From Octopus bimaculoides (taxonomy: Eukaryota): DNA of 40,670 nucleotides. The translations under genes and the position numbers were made by a program. The notes beneath the pieces are model-generated. The model had not been told where the DNA came from, searched no databases, and was given only the letters and a program-made list of their open reading frames with translations. Location: the NCBI RefSeq assembly GCF_001194135.2, contig NC_068981.1, forward strand, positions 111,672,562 through 111,713,231. Direction: 5' to 3'. Shown one piece after another: positions 12,163 through 24,498 of the stretch (positions are counted from its first letter, which is position 1; each line of letters starts with the position of its first letter).

Positions 12163-12575
12163 AAATAAAATATTTTGGCATCGAAAGTTACACAAATAAA
12201 AGAACTGGACGCCATTACATAGTGCCAAGGACTCCAAATTTGCCATCAAGATGTAGGACAAAATACTGCAATAGCCTGGGCTTCAAAGGTCCACGGCTCT
12301 TCAATATTCTCCCGAAGGACCTGAGAGACCTGCATGCGGTGGTTGTAGGTGTCTTCAAGACAAGGCTGGACCTCTTCTTGTCAGGTGTCCCAGATGAACC
12401 AACTTCACGGCAGGAGGCGCAGATAAGAGCAGCTGCATCAAACTCTCTCATGCACCAAATGTCAATTCCTGAAGTAAAATTCTTGAAGTAAAATTGTGTA
12501 GCAACACCAAATTGCGGTGCCCCAGCATGGCCACAGCTCATGAGCTGAAACTAGATAATGAAAATGAAAATGAAA
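12163..12575 (+). mobile_element. CR1-like LINE 3' end
   Basis: C-terminal peptide GPRLFNILPKDLRDL..FKTRLDLFLSGVPDEP..RAAASNSL is typical of CR1-group ORF2 ends. Followed by a short 3' UTR hairpin and an (ATGAAA)n tail. Confidence 0.8.
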
Positions 12576-12585
12576 TATATATGTG

Positions 12586-12616
<31 letters not shown>

Positions 12617-12729
12617 ATATATATGTATGTATATATATATATATATGTATGTATGTATGTATATATATATATGTATGTATGTATATATATATATGTATGT
12701 ATATATATATATGTATGTATGTATATATA

Positions 12730-12762
<33 letters not shown>

Positions 12763-13132
12763 ATANNNNNNNNNNNNNNNNNNNNNNNNNNNNNNNNNNN
12801 NNNNNNNNNNNNNNNNNNNNNNNNNNNNNNNNNNNNNNNNNNNNNNNNNNNNNNNNNNNNNNNNNNNNNNNNNNNNNNNNNNNNNNNNNNNNNNNNNNNN
12901 NNNNNNNNNNNNNNNNNNNNNNNNNNNNNNNNNNNNNNNNNNNNNNNNNNNNNNNNNNNNNNNNNNNNNNNNNNNNNNNNNNNNNNNNNNNNNNNNNNNN
13001 NNNNNNNNNNNNNNNNNNNNNNNNNNNNNNNNNNNNNNNNNNNNNNNNNNNNNNNNNNNNNNNNNNNNNNNNNNNNNNNNNNNNNNNNNNNNNNNNNNNN
13101 NNNNNNNNNNNNNNNNNNNNNNNNNNNNNNNN

Positions 13133-13728
13133 AAGTCTTCGCAAGCTGAGTTTTGTGTCCAATGAAGGAGACGACATTGGCATGGGTGCCAGTCGTCGAA
13201 TTTAACTCGATTTCGATTTCACTTGCCTCAACAGGTCTTCGCAAGTGGAGTTTAGTGTCCAATTTAACTCGATTTTGATTTCACTTGCCTCAACAGGTCT
13301 TCGCAAGTGGAGTTTAGTGTACAATGAAGGAAGGTACTCATAAGTGGACTGGCTGAGGCCTTAGATTTAGGTCTCACCTGGCCTGCCGGGCCTTCCCACG
13401 CACAGCATATTTCCAATTGGCAGAGTTTCTACAGCTGGATGCCCCTTCTAATGCCAACCACTCAGAGAGTGTAGTGGGTGCTTTTACGTGCTACCGGGAC
13501 GAAGGCCAGTTAGGTGGTACTGGCAACGGCCACGCTCAGAATGGTGTATTTTATGTGCCACCCGCACAAGAGCCAGTCCATGGGCACTGGCAACGATCTC
13601 TCTCGGAAGTCCTTACACATGCTGCGGGCACAAGTGCTAGAAGTGCCAGAAAAGCGATGCTGGGCACAGGAGCCATCACAATTTCGCTTTCACTTGCCCC
13701 AATAAGTCTTCGCAAGCTGAGTTGTATG
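13133..13728 (-). mobile_element. RTE 3' UTR fragments between two gaps
   Basis: Reverse-complement matches to 10145-10700, with an internal tandem duplication of about 62 bp at 13199-13320. Confidence 0.85.
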
Positions 13729-13778
13729 NNNNNNNNNNNNNNNNNNNNNNNNNNNNNNNNNNNNNNNNNNNNNNNNNN

Positions 13779-13844
<66 letters not shown>

Positions 13845-14399
13845 CATATGGAAATAAACATTTTGAAAAAACTGAAGGTGTTTTGTATGACAATACAGTT
13901 AAACTCTGGAGAGAACAATGTTTAATTGAAGAATCAACATTGCTGACTTTGGGAAAGGAATGCTGTCTGCTTTTATAGATACAAAAAAGTGTTTAAACCA
14001 GAAAATAATGCTAATCCATTTCTAAGGAAAATTAAAGCATATCAGTTTTATTCACGAATGACCAAATAGATTTTATCTACCTAAGATTTACAAGAAACAG
14101 CACCAAATTCAGGTTCTCCAGACAACAAAATAAACCCACTAAAAAATTCTCAAATCCTTCTCCACCAAGACAGAATATCTTTTAAAACTGGATATTCCAA
14201 TATACTCAAAGAAACAGTAATTATGACAAGAAAGACTGTCCTAGACATGAACAACCCTTTTTTCAGACATACAATGGATAAAGCTGGAAAGAAATGGTGT
14301 ATATAATCACAGACTTAGGTACACAATCAAAAGAACAAGCATCACAAACCATTTTTTATTCTCAGAAGAAAGATTTCATAACACTTTGTAGTACAAGAT

Positions 14400-16575
14400 A
14401 AAAGTAAGAAACCTAAAATAATAAATCTTTCCAACTTAAAATTCTCAAAAGAATAAATCCAAATCTTTTCAAAAGGTCTCAAACTTTTCCCCTACACCAC
14501 AGTTAAGTACAAGCTGACATCTCAAATTATTGTAGAAAATTAAGATTAACTGACCTGTTTAATAATGAAAACACTGATCAATCCATTGTGCAAAACAAAA
14601 GCAATTACAACCCAATAGAAGGGAGAAACAAAACAGAAGACCAATTTTGTGTGTTTGTATCCACCTTCCCTTATAATGAACTTCCAATTCCTTAAACCAA
14701 AGTTCAACACTAGTCAAACGGAATGGGAAACTACATATGACCTAAAAAAACTTTAATAACATAGTTATAAAAGAAGCTGATAAGGGAACTGCTGTAGTTA
14801 TTATGAACATGGAACAATACAAAAATGCATCGTTAACTCTACTTCAAGAAACCACCCACTATAAAGTAGTAAACAACTACCAAAAGAACAAAAACAATGT
14901 CTAAATTTAACATTTTCATAAACCAACATCTATTAAAGATATTGATTATCTAACAAATTTTATAGCCAAAGTCAGTTTCTTCTATGGACTTCCCAAAATC
15001 CACAAAAATAAAGCAGTTAATGATGCCTGCAAAATATCACACTCAGTCTGCATAAACATACTCTTTCCGAAGGATCTCAAATTAAAACTGATTGGCAGAC
15101 CCAGCTTGTGAAACTCACAACTTAGCAACTTTCTTGATTACTGCTAAAACTTTTCTTAAAATTTATACAAGTTTCATAAGGGATGACCTAGACCTATTAA
15201 GCCATCTCCCCACAAAAGTTAACAGGGATACTATAATTGCTTCATTTGATGTACTAAATGTTTATACTCTCATCCCACATGAGTATTGGCTAGATGCAAT
15301 AGCTTTATGGCTTAGAAAATTTCTGATGAAACTCCAGACCGAATTGATCAACAATTCATCACAGTAGGATTAAAATTCATCCTTCAAAGCAACTTTCTCA
15401 TTTTTGAGAAAAACACCTACCAACAAATATCTGGAACGGTGATGGGTGCAAAAGTTGCTCCAACATATGCCAACTTAGTTATGGCATATCTAGAAGTTCA
15501 AATGTATGAATAAGCCAAAAAAGTACAGTACTTTGAAAATTATCTGGTGAAAAATTGGAAACAGTACTTAGATGACTGCCTTGTTCTGTGGACATACAAC
15601 CGAGATGAACTCAATGATTTCAAATTCCTACTCAGCATCAGTAGCAGTATTCAGTTCACAATGGAATTTAACCATAACCAACTATCCTTCTTAGACATTT
15701 TGATTATTAACAATGACACAAACATAGAAAATGACATCTACTACAAACCAATAGACTCTAAACAGTACCTACTATTTTCTTCATGCTGCCCAAAACATAC
15801 CCAAATCCAGTATTCCATTTAACCTAGCTAGAACAATCCAAACAATTTCCTCCAATCTGGATGCTAAGAATAAAAGATTCCTTTAATTAAAACAGGCACT
15901 ACTTGAAAGATAGTACTCTAATGGAGAATGAAATAAAATGCACCAAAACAATAGACATTGAAGAATTACAAAAAGTCAAAAGCAGTTCAGATATACCCAA
16001 AACTCTATCTTTAAATACAACACTCAACTCAAGAAACATAGTGACATTCAACATTATCCATCAGAATATACTGTTATTGAGCCAAGACCCAAAAATGGAA
16101 AAGGCACTTGAATCATTAAGAATTATCAAATGCAAAAGTCAACCAAAACCCTAAAAATAGTGCTTACAAATGTGAAACTACCAACTACAGACTCAACTCC
16201 AAATGTTAAAAAGTGTGACTGATCCAGGTGTAGAACTCATGAAAACCTTATTGAGGGCTCAACTTAGAAATTTAAATCAACCATTTTACTTGTTCTTCAA
16301 AATATTTTATATATGCAATGGATGCAGGGAAGACTACATTGGACAGACTAAACTCAGTTTAAGAATGAGATTAAACATTCATCATCAACAAATACATGAT
16401 CCCAAAAGACAGATTTCACTTATTGAATATCTGGATATATGCATGAAAGCTAAAACTCTAAAATTTCTTATTTTCCCACTCTATCATTGTGCATACAGTA
16501 CTCCAGACCATACAAGTATTAATTAAGAAAGTTTGTTTATTAAAAGATACATGCTACTGTTGAACAGGCTATAAA
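14400..16575 (+). mobile_element. Penelope-like element (RT plus C-terminal GIY-YIG), heavily decayed
   Basis: KPKIINLS..SKGLK, KEADKGTAVVIM, YGLPKIHK, SFDVLNVYT, GTVMGAKVAPTYANLVM, WKQYLDD, FLDILI, YYKP.DSKQYL, and GIY-YIG IFYICNGCREDYIGQT..RLNIH. The 5' limit is uncertain. Confidence 0.88.
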
Positions 16576-17267
16576 AAACATCAGTAACACATGTCTCTTT
16601 TTTTTTCTCTTGTGAATTTTGTAGACTGTTTACTTGGGCTCATTCTTAAGAGAATCAAAATTCATGTAGCAGCTGTCATCTATCTTATTTACTCCACACC
16701 TCATTATTGTATGCATCCATCACACCTTTTTAACATAAAAAGGAAAGGTTTTAACATGTTCAATGGGCAGGAGTTAGCACTAATTGATAACATTATTCTT
16801 CTACAGTATAATAAACAATAATCATCTATAACCCTTTTATGTAAACAGTTATATCACTTATTCATATCTCTCTTTTCTAACTAGCATATGACATATTCAC
16901 TGGTGAGAAGCTTTTATGTGATCTTGTGTCACTGCCACATGAGCTTAATACATAAATGTTGACTAATTAATTTGTATGTTAATGGATAGCATTTAGTCTT
17001 ATTCCTCTATATCAGGCATTGGCAACCTTTTGATAACGGAGTGCCAAACCTAGCTTCCAAAAGCATTGCACGTGCCAACCTCATATTACTACTTTTATAA
17101 GTAGAGTTTATGCTTTTGAAACTCGCTATAACAGAAATCTATTTTATTAATTCTTTAATAATTCAAATTGCATGGAAACAAATATAATTTTATTTAAAAA
17201 ATTAATTAAAAATTTTTTTCAAATTATAAACAAGTTATAAACAACAGTTACGTTAAATTTCTATAAA

Positions 17268-19369
17268 TTAATGAGAACCTTGTCCCTGTACATTTTTGCT
17301 TAATTTCTCAATATCAGGTGCATAATTTGTGACTTTTAGCTTTATGCAAGCTTCCGAATGTTGAATTGTCAGACAATTTCTTTGTGGACTCAAAACAGAT
17401 TTCATATGTGAAAATATTTGTTTGCATGTATATGTTGAGCCAAAGGCTGAAAGCAGAGCATATGAGATTTTCTTCGAAGAATTAAATCTTTCAGGCAACG
17501 ACATCCAGCAATTGAAGATGGCAACAGACTTCTCCAAGCAGCTTCTTCCAAGAGTTTTTCGTAATTCCACAAATTTTGTTTTCCACAATTCTGAAGTTGT
17601 TAATTCAATCATTTCCATTTCAACGTGCATCCACTCAAAAAGTGATAGATCAAATGGATTTGTTTCCAAATCAGTCAAATCAGATTTGATGAGGAAAGAA
17701 AATATAGGAGCGTAAGTTTCGAAATCTTTACCTTGCTTGGAAAATTCTTCTTTCAACATTGCAATATATTTTTGAAGTTCACTTCTATTAACATTAAATC
17801 GATTTGAATAAGCTTTTACATTTGGAAAGTATTTGTAAGTGTTGCTAAGTATATCATGCCAAAAAATATCTAATTTTAACAAAGCATGATACAAATCTGT
17901 TCAAAACATTATTCCGATTAAGCTAACGGACATTACTGTGTAATGGGAGGTCTGCATATTTGCTGTTCAATTCTTGCAGAAGGGACTTAAATTGTCTGTG
18001 AGTCAGTGAAGAGCAAGCAACTATGAAGTTAACTATTTTAACAAGAGACTCCATGACAGAACTCAAGCTTTGTGACAAAATTTTTCCAACTAAATTTTCC
18101 TGATGTATAATGCAATTAAAACTCATTACATAGCATCCAATATGATTTTAAAGAAGTTTAACAAATCCTTTTTCTTTTCAAACCATTGCACGTGCACCAT
18201 TTTTTATTTTATTTATTTATTTATGTGTTTCAGCCAAGTGGCTGCGGTCATGCTGGTGCACCACCTTTAGTCGAGCAAATCGACCCCAGGACTTATTCTT
18301 TAGAAGCCTAGTACTTATTCTATTGGTCTCTTTTGCCGAACCGCTAAGTTACGGGGACATAAACAGACCAGCATCGGTTGTCAAGCGATGTTGGGGGGAC
18401 AAAGACAGACACACAAACACATACATATATACATACATACGACGGGCTTCTTTCAGTTTCCGTCTACCAAATCCACTCACAAGGCTTCGGTCGGCCCAAG
18501 GCTATAGTAGAAGACACTTGCCCAAGATGCCACGCAGTGGGACTGAACCCGGGACCATGTGGTTGGTAAGCAAGCTACTTACCACACAGCCACTCCTACA
18601 CCTATACTTACCACACAGCCACTCCTACGCCTAGTAATACAAAATATTTTATTTATATTAATGTCTTGATTTTTGAAATAATTTACAAATGCAATCAGAA
18701 TGTCCTGTCCTGTAGTTGTATTGGTAAGAGGAATCAAATAACATAATTCTTCATAAATATGATCATTGTCACAGTATCTTGCAACAATTGCTAGGTGCAC
18801 CATGTCATTTATATCACTACTTTCATTGACAGCGTCACTGAATGCAGCAGCTTTTGTAATCCAACTTATTTGTTTTATTGTTATGTTTTCAGCTATATCA
18901 GTTATACGTCTTGCAATTGATCTTGCAGAAGCTGTTATTTTTAAAATTCGAGACAGTATTGTTTCAGCGTTTGGTATATAACTGAACAAAATTTTAGCGC
19001 TTCTCAGAAAAGCTTTTTTTGATAAATTCTTCATATGTAAAAGGTTTACCTTTCTCAGTTATACATTGAGCAATTATGTAATTACATTCGTTGGCTTTAT
19101 TTTTGGTTCCAAGCATTTGAACAAAAACAGAAGTGCTTTTTTTGTAACTAGAAATAGCCCTTTTTATGGCTTCACTTTTTTCATCAGAGTTTTTAAATGT
19201 AGTCTGGTGTCTAGTTTGATAGTGTCTTTGTACATTTGATGTACAACATATGACAGTTTTCACAGCAGAATGCACACTCAGCATGATCATTTTGTTGTAT
19301 AAATCCATATTCTGTTCTCCAGAAATCTTGAAATGGACGAACGTCAAGTTTTTATCTTTTGTTATTCAT
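17268..19369 (-). pseudogene. hAT (GTF2IRD2/Buster-type) transposase, disrupted
   Basis: N-terminal Zn finger ECAFC..RHYQTRH, SDAVNESSD (SLAxDESTD), ITT-[SINE]-GARAM (TTDGA), CIIHQENL (CxxH) and the dimerisation motif FGSTYTCKQIFSHM. Confidence 0.92.
18201..18631 (-). mobile_element. Full-length tRNA-derived SINE family A inserted in the hAT ORF
   Basis: Head GGCGTAGGAGTGGCTGTGTGGTAAG (A-box-like), B-box-like GGTTCAGTCCC, internal microsatellite, 3' hairpin and an (ATAA)n/A-rich tail. Confidence 0.92.
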
Positions 19370-20348
19370 CTTGGGGTGCTATATATTGATAATTAATATT
19401 AACAGGTGTATAAACCTTTAAACCAGATTCTACAAATAAAAATAATTAGAATAAAATAAATAGGAAGAAATAAAAAAAACAAAAAAATGAAATAAATTTA
19501 ATGAATAAATTTTCATAATAATAAAAATAATTAGATTAAAATAAATGGTAAGGATAAACAGAAAAAAAGAAATATATTAAAAAAATCAGACAAGTTGACT
19601 CTCAAAGAAGAAATTGAAATCAAAGAAAATAAGTATAATTTTTGACTTTTCATGTTTGTTTGTCTTTGAAAACCCATCTCACTACTGCTTTTTCTTTCCA
19701 TTCAGTATAAAACTGACCTCAAAATGAGATAATAATTTTAAAAGAGTCTACTTATAGATGACCCACAAAGTAGGAGCCCATTTTTAAGAGTCTTTATTTA
19801 GACTGGCCACTGTAAAGTGGTTAACTAATTTTTACATATCATGATCTGCACTGCTAAATATACAACTGATTTTAAAAAATAGGCATTTGAAGCTCTCGCT
19901 CCTGGCTTAAGTAATATAGTACATATAAATGCTTTCAGTTCCAGCTTACAAACAGAAAGTTAATTGTGCTAACATTTATAATTTGGTGTTGTCAAAATTA
20001 TTTGTGTTCAGCAGTACTATATTTTTAAGGAAATGTAATACTACCAAATAAGCTACCTTCAGAAAGTTTTGGTTCGAATTGATGGATCATAAAAAAGACA
20101 TATAATTTAACTATTATGCTGTCGCTTCCTGAAATATAGTTATAAACAAAAAATTTACATTTATTTTTTGCCAAGAGGCATGAGTGCCATTGTGAACTGG
20201 TCCACATGCCATACATGGCACACATGCCATAGGTTGCCGACACCTGCTCTATATGTGTGTGTGTGATATTTATATGCATATATATGTGTGTATATGTATG
20301 TATATAGTTATATGTGTGTGTTTCTATGTGTATATTCATATATTATTA

Positions 20349-20625
20349 CATGAGGGGGTACTTAAAAGTAACTGGAAACATTCTCTGTGGGCCAAGCCAC
20401 TTGATGTGACTCTCATGCATCAGTCTGCCAGCTGTCATTGTTGTTGAGTGGAGTTGCACTGCCATGTGGTACATCTTTGTTTTGCAGTGCTTCTGACCTT
20501 GCTTACCTACCTTTCCTATTCGCCTGATCTACCTCCAACTTTTTTCTGTTCCCTTGAATGTAAAAAGTCCTTAAAGGAAAATGTTTCATAGATGTGTAAG
20601 AGGTGAAGAAAAACAATGGAGGCGT
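20349..20625 (+). mobile_element. Internally deleted mariner fragment
   Basis: TIR-like TA-(C/T)GAGGGGGTACTTAAAAG, then PYSPDLPP.FFLFP..KVLKGKCF (YSPDL motif). Confidence 0.65.
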
Positions 20626-20639
20626 TCAAACAATGGAAA

Positions 20640-21090
20640 ACACATCTGGACCGATAGAAATGCATTTGACTAGAAGGAGGAGGAAATAGAGATGTATAAC
20701 ATAAAAGGCAACTGGAAGTCCCTACAGGACAACCTATTGAGCGCTACTGACCAAATTTGTGGCTGGTACAAAGTTCCAATCAGACTAAGGGTAACATAGT
20801 GGTGGTGCAGTGTAGTAGACAAAGTGATAAAAGCAAAGAAGGACTAGAAGAGTTGGGGTAGCAGAAAACTAGAAGTGAAGTTAGTCAACAGGTCTATTTA
20901 GCTGGGTAGAAGCAGAAAGGAACAGGTTTGCCAATATTCTGCAGTGCAAAAACCAGAAGCATGAGGTTTCTAGATTGCAAGACAGTGTGCCAGAGAAAAA
21001 TTGTCATGTCGTAGAAGAGAAGTGTATACGGATGGATGATGATACACTTACACTTAGTGATTCTGAAAAGAAAGTGGCAAGGAAGTGCCA
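20640..21090 (+). mobile_element. RTE LINE linker-region fragment (between endonuclease and RT)
   Basis: WKSLQDNLLSATDQICGW..RVT*WW and VVEEKCIRMDDDTLTLSDSEKK match the RTE region just upstream of the segment that begins at 7982. Confidence 0.65.
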
Positions 21091-21199
21091 AACAATGCAA
21101 TAATTCTTCCTAACGTAAGGATATACTCAATTAGTTTTGGACTCAGAACACCACTGGGCACAGGCGTCAAATGCACTACCACGCACTTACTATCCTTAT

Positions 21200-21785
21200 G
21201 CACTTGTACAGACTATATTCTACTTACTCTTTCCTTCCACCCATCTGTCCTTCCATTGAAAGTTAAACTCATCCGCAACTTCCGTATTCTACTTTCTGAC
21301 CCCTACCTTTCCTACACCACCTCTCCTTTCCTTTAAAAAATAAAAACCTCAGAAATCTAGTAAGAAGCTCCACAATGTTCAGCCCCACAGAACCAGGTAC
21401 TTTAAATGTGTTTGCCTACAATGCAATACCTGCCCCTGCACTAACAATACTACAGCCATCACTGGACCTAAAAAAAAAAAAAACATCATGTTACTCAGAA
21501 CTTCTGTTGCACATCATATAACCTTGTATGTTGCATCATATGCAAACTTTGTGGTGTCTTTTACATTGGGGAAACAGACCAACACCCTGCTGATCGTTTT
21601 CAAAAGCTTATTCAAAGCATATTACTATGTCTTCTTGGCCGACCTTTCACCACTCACTTGAACTCAACAGTATGTGGTGATGCCCTGCACCATGGATCCA
21701 CATTCTGAAAGGAATAGAGGTAATGTTTCATATTCGGACTTGGCACCATGTCATCAATAGGCTTAAATGAATGTTTATTCTTCTA
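21200..21785 (+). mobile_element. Penelope-like C-terminal/GIY-YIG fragment
   Basis: ILLTLSFHP, PGT..CLQCNTCP, NLVCCIICKLCGVFYIGETD..DRF and IFGLGTMSSIGLNE. Confidence 0.7.
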
Positions 21786-22194
21786 CTCCTACACCTCTTA
21801 ATTCCTTGAACCCTATTTAAGCCTTCAACTCCTCTCTCACTCTATTTTGTCCTTTCATCTCACTTTAAACTTCTCCCCCTTCTCCTCATTCTATTACTCT
21901 TACCTTCTTCCTTCTTACACTATTTCTCCTATCACTTCTTCACATATGAAGCTGATGTGGCCCTGTATTGCTGTCTTTTTTTTTTTCAGACTAGTTTGCT
22001 TCTAGAAGTTCTTGTAGCCCAACATCTAAAGTCTTTAACAACAAACTTATGTTGGGTAGGACTTTGCATTTATGATCATTTGTTTATTCCACTTTCTGGT
22101 GAGAATGTAGTTTTGTTTTGTGTGATCACCAGATTGCTAGGTGATCAGGTGACTAGTTGGTTTTCTGAAGTTAATGATGCATATCATTATGTTG

Positions 22195-22282
22195 TGTGTG
22201 TGTGTGTGTGTGTGTGTGTGTCTGTCTGTCTGCCTGCCTGCCTGCCTGCCTGCCTGCCAGCCAGCCAGCCAGCCAGCCAGTC
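22195..22282. repeat. Compound microsatellite (GT)n(CTGC)n(CCAG)n
   Basis: Read directly from the sequence. Confidence 0.9.
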
Positions 22283-22579
22283 AGTCATCCTGCTTGCTGT
22301 TAAACTTTCAGACTTGTTTTTCCATGCTAGCATGGTTTAGATAAATATATTATTGAGGTATTGCTTTATAGCTGGATGCCCTTCCTGTCTCTATCCCTAA
22401 TTTAAGAATAATACAGTTATATACTTTATGAGAGTAATTTGTTAATGTGAGAGCTCAAACAAGAACCAACCCCAGAAACAGGAAACAAAGACACAATATT
22501 ACAACTCCTTTTTTGGGAATATGTACTACAACTTGCCCCAGATCTGATGAAACAAAACATTTAAATAAATCCACTGAAC

Positions 22580-23030
22580 ATGTAAAGCCTAAAGTTATAA
22601 ATTTATTGTAAAGAAACCTCAACAAAAATGAATTGATCTTACGCCTGCTTCTAACCTCATAGAACTAAAAGTAGACATTGAACATTTGAGTCACCACCTC
22701 TGCCTTATAAAATTCTTTGGCAATAAGAATGTAAATGATGAGTCTGGGGGAATGACAAGCATTTAGATACAGTTTTCAGATTCCCTTTCAATACACATAA
22801 ATGCAAAGAAAACATTTGTAAAGAAGAAAAAGGGGCTATATTAACACTGAAGAACAACTCAATCATCCTAAAAGATGCCAATTAGAGTGAGGCGATAGTC
22901 ATTATGGGAAAAAAACTATTATTAAGACAAAATATTGGAACAACTAACAAATCAAAATTACTATAAGGAAGAAACAAGAAATCCAGAAAAAATAATGAAT
23001 AAAATTGAATTTAGAAGAGCTTACAACACT
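22580..23030 (+). mobile_element. Penelope-like N-terminal fragment
   Basis: KPKVINL.., ELKVDIEHL.HHLCLIKFF and IILKDAN*SEAIVIM resemble the 14400-14810 region. Confidence 0.5.
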
Positions 23031-23205
23031 TTTGAGTAGCCCCTGCAGTTCCTGCATGGGTTAAAGTATCTTTGATATTTATTTCACTTATTTCATTTTA
23101 TCAGGGATATAATTTAAACATTTGGCGTATTGTTGTGTAAATGAAAGTAAATATGAGCTGTTATTTTAAATATTTTCTAATATATTTCAATTTTTTGTTT
23201 TTTAG

Positions 23206-23251
23206 GGACCAAGTTATTGAGATGTTTAATCATGCATACAATTCTTATATG
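23206..23251 (+). CDS. EDEM3: Internal 46-bp coding exon of an EDEM3-like ER degradation-enhancing alpha-mannosidase (GH47)
   Basis: Branch-like CTAAT, a long polypyrimidine tract and TAG acceptor (ends 23205), and a GTGAGT donor (23252). The exon reads G|GAC..ATG = DQVIEMFNHAYNSYM, versus recalled human EDEM3 NQVLEMFDHAYGNYM. Paralog assignment rests on only 15 aa. Confidence 0.8.
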
Positions 23252-23479
23252 GTGAGTACTGATTTACAAATTGTGTCTAGTTAATCTTGCAGGTATGATA
23301 GTAATATATATTACCTACTGAAGGACACATGCAATGCATATTTATTTGTTACCAGAAAATCCAGTGTCTCTTAACTCTTAACATTCTGCACACCATGAAT
23401 CCACACAGCATCTTTCTCTCAGTCCTATACTACATTCATTCTAAATGAAATTAGAAACTCTCTAATCTAAAGGAGAAAA

Positions 23480-24250
23480 ATTTAATCCAGCCAGCTTTCT
23501 AAATGTAGAAGGTTATGTGAACTGCCTCCCCACATGCACCCCCTTTCATGCTTAAAGATCCAAATACTTCCTTTCTGATCCTAAATGCTGGCTGATTAAC
23601 CCCTCTAAGAATGAAATAGGCATCATAAGCAAGCTAAGTCTAAATACCATCTTCTCTGATGTTTGAAGAGCTACAAGGTTCATCCAGTGGGGTTGCAGCA
23701 CCATAGGAAATGACTGGTTCCACATCATTGAGAATAAAGCAGTCTGCTGGATCACTAAGTTCTTCAGTATCTGGATTTCCACTTTTCAATATGAAAATCC
23801 CCACTTCTGAGGGCCTTAGATTTTAGTAAGCAATTTATCAATATCAGTGACTTTGAATGCTAGAAAGTCAATTTTGGTTCACAATGATCCCACTAAGTGA
23901 AGAAGAAAGGTGACCTATAGTTCAATGTAACTGTAGGGAGTTGTGATACAGCTGAGATCACTGACCTCATTGTATTATTTCTTCTGGATACTCTAAAGAA
24001 GTGCGCATACATCCATAGATCAGCCATGTTGTAGGACAGCAGTCTGGCAATCTCAAGCCATGTGAATGGCCACACTACGGACAAGTTCAGGAAGGATCTG
24101 ATAAAGTTCTTCAAAGAATTAGACTTACATTTAACACTTGTCACCCATATCACAAAGGTTGACTTCTGTGACCCTAGACATGAAATAGGAAGCCCAAAGA
24201 GGAAACTGTTTATATCCATAGAAACTCTCCCCCTCCACCAGCTGTGATTA
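23480..24250 (+). mobile_element. Decayed Penelope-like RT of a second type (Hydra-clade-like motifs)
   Basis: WLINPSKNEIGIISK, QWG..DWFHIIENK, ARKSILVHND, FNVTVGSCDTAEITDLI and DKFRKDLIKFFKEL..TKVDF. The YRDD-equivalent is destroyed. Confidence 0.72.
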
Positions 24251-24498
24251 GAAACCTAGTGACAGGCATAAGCAAATGAATCTCTAAACTATTAGCAGAT
24301 TGAGAGATCTTCAACAGAGCTGCCTCCATTATATTGAGTCACTATCATGTGAATTGCTTTCTGGATTTTGTAATACACCTGCATCTGTTGTGGAGAGATA
24401 ATTAGATATGTGTGCGTGTAACTATACACAGATATGAATATACATATGCTTGTGTATGTGTATATGTTTATATATTTCAATACATATGTATGTATATA

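Larger units (their letters stand above)
17013..20246 (-). mobile_element. Full-length hAT transposon (Buster/Charlie/SPIN-like)
   Basis: TIRs CAGGCATTGGCAACC (17013) and GGTTGCCGACACCTG (20232-20246). Identical 8-bp TSD CTCTATAT at 17005-17012 and 20247-20254, with the central TA typical of Buster. Subterminal TGCCA repeats. Confidence 0.95.

Noticed and set aside
13133-13728. RTE 3' UTR segments in swapped order, starting and ending with the same AAGTCTTCGCAAGCTGAGTT
   Set aside because: The block is bounded by gaps on both sides, so misassembly cannot be distinguished from a tandem insertion.
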